Shown here: one piece after another, positions 58,087 through 64,000 of the stretch
Layout of the letters: every line of letters begins with the position of its first letter
Position numbering within the stretch: position 1 is the stretch's first letter
Source: Acutalibacteraceae bacterium
GTDB lineage: Bacteria > Bacillota > Clostridia > Oscillospirales > Acutalibacteraceae
DNA length: 64,000 nt
Direction: 5' to 3'
NCBI GenBank assembly: GCA_036310005.1
Contig: JAXJSP010000039.1
Location: 2,378 to 66,377, forward strand
Notes under the pieces: generated by a model
Database searches by the model: none
What the model saw: the letters and a program-made list of their open reading frames with translations, nothing else
Told to the model about the DNA's origin: nothing
Position numbers and translations under genes: made by a program

Positions 58087-58800
58087 CTATATTGATTTTT
58101 TCTTTAAGCGTTTATCTGTTTTAGCGGCAAGTCTTGTACCTATACTCTGGAAAATCTGCACCATAATAATAAGCAATATAACCGACGCTATCATAATTAA
58201 ATATTTATATCGGTAGTAACCGTAATTTATGGCAATTTTTCCGAGTCCGCCGCCGCCGATAATACCGCTCATTGCAGAATAGCCGAGAATAGTGGTAATG
58301 GCAATAGTGGCGTTTGAAATAAGCGACGGTATGCTTTCGGGTATCATAACTTTAACAATTATTTGTAAAGGCGATGCTCCCATACTTTGCGCCATTTCAA
58401 TTGTATTGGGACTCACCTCTCGCAGACTGCTTTCAGCAAGCCTTGCTACAAAAGGAAATGCAGCAATAACAAGCGGTACAATAGACGCGGTAGTGCCGAC
58501 AATCGTACCGATTATCAATCTTGTAAGAGGTATTACTAAAATCATTAAAATCAAAAAAGGAACCGAACGAAGTAAATTTATGATAACATTAAGCGTTTGC
58601 AGTAACCACTTAGGCAGGGGCAAAACTCCGTCTTTTTCTCCGGCTACTAACATAACACCAAGCGGCAAACCTATAATAATTGAAAACGCAGTTGAAAGAA
58701 CAGTAACATAAAATGTTTCCCAAATTGCTGTCGGGAACTCTGCTTGGATAATTCTCCACGCTTCATTTAATGCTTCTTGAGAAAACAGACTGTTAAACAT
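58087..58800 (-). CDS. metI: Methionine ABC transporter permease
   Basis: Polytopic permease with an EAA-like loop (EMAQSMGASPLQIIVKV). Follows metN with an 8-nt overlap. Confidence 0.9.
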   Translation of the reverse strand: MFNSLFSQEALNEAWRIIQAEFPTAIWETFYVTVLSTAFSIIIGLPLGVMLVAGEKDGVLPLPKWLLQTLNVIINLLRSVPFLILMILVIPLTRLIIGTIVGTTASIVPLVIAAFPFVARLAESSLREVSPNTIEMAQSMGASPLQIIVKVMIPESIPSLISNATIAITTILGYSAMSGIIGGGGLGKIAINYGYYRYKYLIMIASVILLIIMVQIFQSIGTRLAAKTDKRLKKKSI

Positions 58801-59806
58801 TTACAGACACCTCCTCCGCGAGTACATCCTCTGTTTCGGTCAGATATTTAACAGCGGTAGCAACCACACTTTCATCGCCGATAATTCCAAGTAACATAGA
58901 GCCATAAACTTTTCCGCCTATACTTTTTGTGGCTGCATAAGTGATATTTGCTTCAATACCTTTTTCAACAGCCATTTTTGCAATAAGCGGTGAGCCTGTG
59001 GCCTCGGCACCGTTAAAAATCACACGAATAAAATGTTCGCCCTCTTTAACAGCAAAAGATGAATTAAAATCGCCTTCAGGGAAAACAAGTTTTCTTGCGG
59101 CTTCCGATTGCGGATGAGCGAATACTTTTGCAACCTCGCCCTGTTCAACTACTTCACCGTTATCCAAAATAGCGACATGCTTACAAACGCTTTCTACAAC
59201 GCTCATCTGATGCGTAATAATTATAACTGTAATACCAAGTTTTTCGTTAATGTTTCGTATCAACTCTAAAATAGAATTTGTTGTAGTTGGATCAAGAGCG
59301 CTGGTTGCCTCGTCGCAAAGCAACACTTTCGGGTCGGTTGCAAGCGCTCTTGCGATAGCCACTCTTTGCTGCTGACCGCCTGAAAGTTGTGCCGGATACG
59401 CTTTTGCCTTATCGCGAAGTCCTACAATATCCAATAATTCAAGGGCTCTTTTTTTAGCCTCAGCCTTGCTTTTACCTGCAAGTTCTAACGGGAAGCAGAC
59501 ATTGTTAAGGCAGTTGCGCTGCATCAAAAGGTTAAAGCCTTGAAAAATCATTGTGATTTCTCTGCGTATATTTCTCAAATTTTGTTCTGATAATTCACAA
59601 AGATTAACTCCGTCAATTTCAATACTGCCCTTTGTAGGTCGCTCTAACAGGTTTATGCATCGTACGAGTGTACTTTTTCCTGCGCCACTCATACCGATAA
59701 TACCGAATATATCACCATCCGGAATAGATAGTGATACATTTTTCAATGCTTCGACAGAGCCGTCTGCGGTATTAAAATGCTTTGTTAAATTTTTAATCTC
59801 TATCAT
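58793..59806 (-). CDS. metN: Methionine ABC transporter ATP-binding protein
   Basis: ORF 58793..59860. Start moved to ATG 59804-59806, 6 nt after ggagagg. GMSGAGKST, LSGGQQQR and a C-terminal NIL domain. Confidence 0.9.
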   Translation of the reverse strand: MIEIKNLTKHFNTADGSVEALKNVSLSIPDGDIFGIIGMSGAGKSTLVRCINLLERPTKGSIEIDGVNLCELSEQNLRNIRREITMIFQGFNLLMQRNCLNNVCFPLELAGKSKAEAKKRALELLDIVGLRDKAKAYPAQLSGGQQQRVAIARALATDPKVLLCDEATSALDPTTTNSILELIRNINEKLGITVIIITHQMSVVESVCKHVAILDNGEVVEQGEVAKVFAHPQSEAARKLVFPEGDFNSSFAVKEGEHFIRVIFNGAEATGSPLIAKMAVEKGIEANITYAATKSIGGKVYGSMLLGIIGDESVVATAVKYLTETEDVLAEEVSVNV

Positions 59807-59827
59807 AAATTGCCTCTCCGGTATAAT

Positions 59828-59853
59828 ACCCGACAGAATAAACTCTGTCGGGT
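59828..59853 (-). other. Intercistronic stem-loop between metQ and metN
   Basis: acccgacag / ctgtcgggt arms with an 8-nt loop and no clear U-run. Probably a processing or stability element. Confidence 0.45.
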
Positions 59854-59864
59854 TTACCATTTAA

Positions 59865-60716
59865 TTATTTTATTGCATCAAGAGAAGTCTGTTTACCGCC
59901 GTAAATTCCGAGAGGCTCAACATGAATTTGTGCTACGCTTACAATATGAGTTCCATTTTCGGAATTAAAATCATCGAGATACGGTACATGTTGGAAGTAG
60001 TTTGCATCTATTTCTCCGCTTTCAACTACATTATTAGGTTGAACGTAATCGGTAAATTCTTTAATTTCAAGAGTAATTTTCTTTTCTGCTAAAATAGTTT
60101 TTGCAACTTCAAGAATTTCAGCGTGTGGTGTTGGTGATGCAGCAACAGAAACTGTTTTTCCCGAAAGAGCTGCATAATCAATCGATGAATCGAAACCGTC
60201 GGTCGGATTATCTACAACAGATACAACTGCTCCGTCATATTCGCTTGCAATAAAATCTGCAACTTTTTGGCTTTCAAGGGCTGCTACAAGCGCCTTGATA
60301 ATATCGGAGTTTTCATTACCCTCTTTTACAGCGAGTATATTTCCGTAAGCCGATGATGAACCTTCAAGGCCAAGAGCGTCCTTTGTAGGATTAAGGTCTG
60401 CTTCAATAGCGTAGTTAGAATTGATTACTGCATAGTCAACATCTTTTAAAACATTCGGAAGCTGTGCTGCTTCTACTTCTTTAAATTCGATATTGTGCGG
60501 ATTTTCTTCAACATCAAGAGGTGTTGCGCTTATGCCTGCACCGTCTTTTAACTTAATAACGCCTAAATCTTCAAGTAAGAGCAACGCTCTGGCTTCATTA
60601 GTAGTGTCGTTAGGAATTGCAATTGTAATTTTGTCTGAATTACCGCAAGCGGTAAGTGAAAATGCTGTTGTGATAGCAAGAACTGTAATAAGTAAAAGTG
60701 AAATTATTTTTTTCAT
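59865..60716 (-). CDS. metQ: Methionine-binding lipoprotein MetQ (NlpA family)
   Basis: Signal peptide with lipobox SLTAC. NlpA-family length. SD aaggaga. Confidence 0.9.
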   Translation of the reverse strand: MKKIISLLLITVLAITTAFSLTACGNSDKITIAIPNDTTNEARALLLLEDLGVIKLKDGAGISATPLDVEENPHNIEFKEVEAAQLPNVLKDVDYAVINSNYAIEADLNPTKDALGLEGSSSAYGNILAVKEGNENSDIIKALVAALESQKVADFIASEYDGAVVSVVDNPTDGFDSSIDYAALSGKTVSVAASPTPHAEILEVAKTILAEKKITLEIKEFTDYVQPNNVVESGEIDANYFQHVPYLDDFNSENGTHIVSVAQIHVEPLGIYGGKQTSLDAIK

Positions 60717-60940
60717 GGTTATTATCTCCTTAATTAATTTATTAATAATTATTTTTCCGCCTTTTGACCTTGAATTTATTTTCGTATTTTTTATAACGAC
60801 TAAAAAGCGGATATGTTTATGTTTTAGATTTTCTGATTTTTATAACAAATAAATTTGATTTACTTATTACACATTCGTCCGAAACGAAAATTCGCTCTTA
60901 CGAGTTTTTCAAAATAGTTTTCCATAGGTTTTTACCCTCC

Positions 60941-60982
60941 ATAAAAATAATAATCGGAAGACTCCGACGAAGTCTCCCGATT
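60941..60982 (-). terminator. Intrinsic terminator / candidate attenuator downstream of the Met-rich ORF
   Basis: Minus-strand AATCGGGAGACTTC-GTC-GGAGTCTTCCGATT (14 bp including 2 G-U) followed by ATTATTTTTAT. Begins 25 nt after the ORF stop. Confidence 0.7.
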
Positions 60983-61007
60983 GTAAACAAATATAATTGT
61001 GCAAAAT

Positions 61008-61142
61008 TTAAGCGGCACAAAAGTTTACTTCTGAATAGGAGAACATATCGGATATTTTGGCATAAGAAGTCATGCACATACACCAAGTCTGCATGCACAT
61101 TTCCATCATCATCATTACATTACAAAAGCCAAACTTATTCAT
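61008..61142 (-). CDS. 44-codon Met/Cys-rich small ORF (candidate leader peptide)
   Basis: SD aaaggag lies 8 nt before ATG 61140-61142. Product is MNKFGFCNVMMMMEMCMQTWCMCMTSYAKISDMFSYSEVNFCAA (10 Met, 5 Cys). Too short for the ORF track. Confidence 0.55.
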   Translation of the reverse strand: MNKFGFCNVMMMMEMCMQTWCMCMTSYAKISDMFSYSEVNFCAA

Positions 61143-61189
61143 AAGATGTTCTCCTTTCGTTTTTATTTCCTACCACTTAGGTTGGTATT

Positions 61190-61218
61190 AGTTTATCACC
61201 AAATATTTAATTTGTCAA
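61190..61218 (-). promoter_or_regulatory. Sigma-A promoter for the Met-rich ORF / metQNI leader
   Basis: Minus strand: TTGACA, 17 nt spacer, TG-extended TAAACT. Confidence 0.55.
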
Positions 61219-61296
61219 TAGGAAAATGAAAATTTTTCAAAAAAATTTTTTGTCTGCAAAGTTACAAGTTATTATAAGTTGTAAAATGAAGTATTT

Positions 61297-61914
61297 TTAT
61301 TCGTTTAAATGGGCAATCAAATTATCTAACAATTTCTCTGCGTTTTTCATATTTTGCACTGATTTAGCATTATCTTTATTAATTTTTCGCTTTGTAAAAT
61401 AAGTGTTGGTTGTTATAAAAGGCGAATTATAATTACTGTTAACATATTCGGCAAATTCCGTATCATTTAAATTATATGCAGTACTGTCTTTATCATCAAA
61501 TTTATCATACGTATCAAAAATTACTACTTTATTATTCATTTCATCATAAAAACCATCATCAACTATATAAAGCATAATTTCGTTTCTGAAAGACTCTGCT
61601 TGCATTTTTGAAGATGCTGCCTTAAACAGTTCAGAATCTTGACCTGAATATGTTGATACATCCATAATCTGAACTATAACTTCTCCGTCTTCATTTATGT
61701 CTTCTCCGTATTTTTCAATATAATCGCACATTGAATTAATTACTTTTTCCGGTACATATCTTTTAAAACCTAACATAATCAGATAATCGTTTTCGCGTTT
61801 TGTTGAACATTGTGCTGTTCCTACAATTAATACCGCTATGATAAAAACTGCTAAAACTGTGTGCCACTTATAGTAGTACCAAAAGTTTTCAAACTTCTTT
61901 TTTAAATTCTTCAT
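61297..61914 (-). CDS. Hypothetical membrane-anchored or lipoprotein-like protein
   Basis: 205 aa. N-terminal hydrophobic segment ending in GTAQC. No recognisable catalytic motif. Confidence 0.45.
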   Translation of the reverse strand: MKNLKKKFENFWYYYKWHTVLAVFIIAVLIVGTAQCSTKRENDYLIMLGFKRYVPEKVINSMCDYIEKYGEDINEDGEVIVQIMDVSTYSGQDSELFKAASSKMQAESFRNEIMLYIVDDGFYDEMNNKVVIFDTYDKFDDKDSTAYNLNDTEFAEYVNSNYNSPFITTNTYFTKRKINKDNAKSVQNMKNAEKLLDNLIAHLNE

Positions 61915-62038
61915 ACAAATTTACTTCCATAAACATATTAGATAGTATCTAATCTCTATTATAACAATAAAAGCATAAAAAGTCATCAGGAAATCCTAAT
62001 AACTTTTTATTTATAAATCTATTTAATTTAGATAAATA

Positions 62039-62674
62039 TTAATACGCGGCGCCCGATCCTAAAAATTCCGACGGGTCATCAAAAGAGATCAAAACAAGTT
62101 TATAAAGTCCTTTTTGCTCTAAATTATCAAAGGTAAAACTATCGGTGTATGTCGACATATAGTCGTCTGAGTGATAAGTTCTGACATCGGCTGTAACACT
62201 TCCGTCAGGTTTTACAATGCCCCAAATCAATTTTGAGTCCTGGGTTCCGTCGCCTTGCACATAGCAAATATCCGCCCTTACAGTCACGGACTGACTATCA
62301 CCCGGAGTTTCTTCAACATCTAAATCTGAAACTTCAAGGCACACATTTTCAAAAGCAAAATACAGTTTATCATCAGGAATCTGAACAGAGATATTACTGT
62401 TAACCTCCTCAGTTTCAAGTTCCTCATTACCTGTTACTTCATAGACCGTTGTGCCATCCTGCAAATCGACATGCTCTAAAATTGCAGTTAAATAGTCTGT
62501 GCTCGGTTGAATTGAGACTGTATCTTTATTATCATCCGGCACTTCTTTTGCAATAGTGTTATTATTATCTGCTCCCTGATAAGCCTCAAACAAAAAGTTA
62601 AAGGGATTTTCACTACATCCGGCAAGTATAAACATAATTAACAAAGCGGTTAAAATACAAAATATTTTTTTCAT
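62039..62674 (-). CDS. Hypothetical lipoprotein
   Basis: ORF 62039..62725. Start moved to ATG 62672-62674, 8 nt after gggag. MKKIFCILTALLIMFILAGC lipobox. Confidence 0.6.
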   Translation of the reverse strand: MKKIFCILTALLIMFILAGCSENPFNFLFEAYQGADNNNTIAKEVPDDNKDTVSIQPSTDYLTAILEHVDLQDGTTVYEVTGNEELETEEVNSNISVQIPDDKLYFAFENVCLEVSDLDVEETPGDSQSVTVRADICYVQGDGTQDSKLIWGIVKPDGSVTADVRTYHSDDYMSTYTDSFTFDNLEQKGLYKLVLISFDDPSEFLGSGAAY

Positions 62675-62708
62675 AATAACAACTCCCAAATCAATTATTA
62701 TATTTATA

Positions 62709-64000
62709 TCAGTCGATAACCTCAATAATCATATCGTCTTTGATATCGGCAGACGGTATAAAAACCTTGGGTGTGTTCATAAGATTATCAAAGCATCCTT
62801 GAGTTTCTTTACCATTCACCTTGAACACACGCTTACCGGAATTTGAGTTAAGATACTTTATTGTTATCGGATGGCCCTTAATAACAATATCCAAGGTCGC
62901 ATCGGTTGTAGGCATTAAAGTTGCTGTTTGAATAACAACACCGTCAAGTGTCGGACATACACCGAAGCCGAACTTAATAAGATTTTTAACAAACAATGTG
63001 CCGCTGCCGGTGTACCAATCTGCAAAAGACTGACCGTCAATGCACCACTCATCATTTTTAAAGTATGAGTTAGGCATTACAAACGGAGATTTTGAACAGT
63101 TAGGATGAGAAAGTACCGTACCGAGATTAAACTGTCTCCAAGCCTCTTTGCTTTCGCCCATTAAAAACAAAGCGGATGCGGCGAACATTGTTGCGTGAAC
63201 ATAAGTGCCTGCGTTTTCATAAGTACCTGCTGTAATATTTGCAATACGACCTACAAATTTGTGCATATCAAGCGGAAAAGCCTTATCAAAGGTCTTAACT
63301 CCATATTCCGAATCAAGTCCCTTAAATGCTGACATTATACTCTCTTTCATAGAAGGATCATTTTTAATCATTCCGGAAATTGCCCAAAATGAATTTGCAG
63401 TACAACTAATTCGTGAATTATTATCGGGATCGCACCAAGAACCGATTTTATACGACATCTTATCGCCCCAACCGTGAACTATGCGACGCTCTCCGTTTTC
63501 GTTAACATCAACTGCATATTTTGCAAGTCCGTCTTTAAGCGTTTTAGCGACCGACTTGTATTGTTCGACCTTTTCGACATATCTGCCTACGGTTTCTAAA
63601 ATTTCACAAATTTCACCGCAGTTTTGATAAAGTTGCAGTGAACACATAACACTTACACCTGTACCGAACTCGCGGTTTAAATCATCAGTTTTTCCTAGAC
63701 CGTCAAGCGCGTCATTCCAATCACCGTAAAGCGAATGCAGACAACCTGTCTGAGTATCAATGTTACTGCACAAAAAGTCCATTATTTTAACAATGTGGTC
63801 AAGTACAGTATCGACAGTTTTACTCTTTGAAGTTAGGCAACTATTGTCTTTAGCCGCAACATAATATCCGCATTTTTCATCTAAAATTGACCAGTCGTCT
63901 GTATAAGAAAGGTAAGTGTGAAGAGTTGTAATTATCCATACTCCCTGGTCTATAAATTTTCTCAGGTCAAAACTCGGCATATAATCAGGGCTTTCCTGAA
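62709..64000 (-). CDS. GH94-like glycoside phosphorylase, catalytic (alpha/alpha)6 and C-terminal domains (5' end outside the window)
   Basis: The frame stays open to the window edge. LYGDWNDALDG resembles the catalytic DWND of cellobiose/chitobiose phosphorylases. WYTGSGTLF is also present. Confidence 0.65.
   Translation of the reverse strand, partial: QESPDYMPSFDLRKFIDQGVWIITTLHTYLSYTDDWSILDEKCGYYVAAKDNSCLTSKSKTVDTVLDHIVKIMDFLCSNIDTQTGCLHSLYGDWNDALDGLGKTDDLNREFGTGVSVMCSLQLYQNCGEICEILETVGRYVEKVEQYKSVAKTLKDGLAKYAVDVNENGERRIVHGWGDKMSYKIGSWCDPDNNSRISCTANSFWAISGMIKNDPSMKESIMSAFKGLDSEYGVKTFDKAFPLDMHKFVGRIANITAGTYENAGTYVHATMFAASALFLMGESKEAWRQFNLGTVLSHPNCSKSPFVMPNSYFKNDEWCIDGQSFADWYTGSGTLFVKNLIKFGFGVCPTLDGVVIQTATLMPTTDATLDIVIKGHPITIKYLNSNSGKRVFKVNGKETQGCFDNLMNTPKVFIPSADIKDDMIIEVID

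Noticed and set aside
60898-61098. 66-aa minus-strand ORF from the track in the metQ leader.
   Set aside because: It is in a different frame from the SD-preceded Met-rich ORF and has no SD. It reads straight through the terminator hairpin.
61227-61247. AT-rich palindrome TGAAAATTTTTCA and a neighbouring AATTTTTCAAAAAAATT, considered as a CodY box upstream of the met leader promoter.
   Set aside because: The best alignment to AATTTTCWGAAAATT has at least 3 mismatches in an extremely AT-rich context, which cannot be distinguished from chance by eye.
60717-61296. Expected SAM-I (S-box) riboswitch or Met T-box upstream of metQNI.
   Set aside because: Reading the minus strand, I could not find the S-box core (GAGGGA...GGCCC...GCAACC) or a T-box sequence (GGTGGTACCGCG-like). 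The AAGTGGTAGG at about 61175 lies just downstream of the -10, within a few bases of the predicted transcription start and upstream of the SD, and has no specifier or terminator context. This needs cmscan to be definitive.
1-64000. CRISPR arrays, rRNA genes, IS elements and toxin-antitoxin or known defence-system signatures.
   Set aside because: No regularly spaced direct repeats, no rRNA-like sequence, and no transposase, integrase or nuclease-helicase defence gene signatures were seen on either strand.

Overview
AT-rich, almost fully coding chromosomal segment of a spore-forming Firmicute. It looks Clostridia-like: gpr, yqfC/yqfD, ylbJ and a pdaA-like deacetylase are present, and most starts have strong GGAGG-type Shine-Dalgarno sites. 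Left third: sugar-acid/hexuronate utilisation (partial SDR, long RraA-like protein, enolase-superfamily dehydratase, cytoplasmic GH10-like hydrolase, uxaB-uxaA-uxaC, three AraC-type regulators), then an nfnAB-like oxidoreductase pair and a polysaccharide deacetylase. At 15.9-23.3 kb there is a tight five-gene operon with a divergent AraC regulator: a short glycyl radical enzyme (GRE), an M20 dipeptidase, a CapA-like protein, a phosphotriesterase-like hydrolase and a GRE activase. It matches no characterised GRE pathway I know. Middle: ruvCAB, a methyltransferase, ecfA1-ecfA2-ecfT-truA, membrane proteins, a Clp-type AAA+ ATPase with a zinc-ribbon N-terminus, tRNA-Gly(UCC), rmuC, two tandem secreted cell-wall proteins (CHAP and transglutaminase-like) sharing 21-aa aromatic repeats, and tRNA-Arg(UCU). 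Right third: rpsT, nrdR, gpr, glyA, a truncated MerR gene, mutS2, recO-era-ybeY-phoH-yqfD-yqfC, ylbJ, pdxST, metQ-metN-metI and a GH94-like phosphorylase cut by the window edge. The two most unusual signals are the orphan GRE operon and a 44-codon Met/Cys-rich ORF. That ORF has its own promoter, SD and a downstream intrinsic terminator, and sits where an S-box or T-box would normally precede metQNI. A third is an inverted-repeat-bounded 98-bp segment plus a leader terminator upstream of the CHAP gene. I saw no transposase, integrase, CRISPR array or rRNA.
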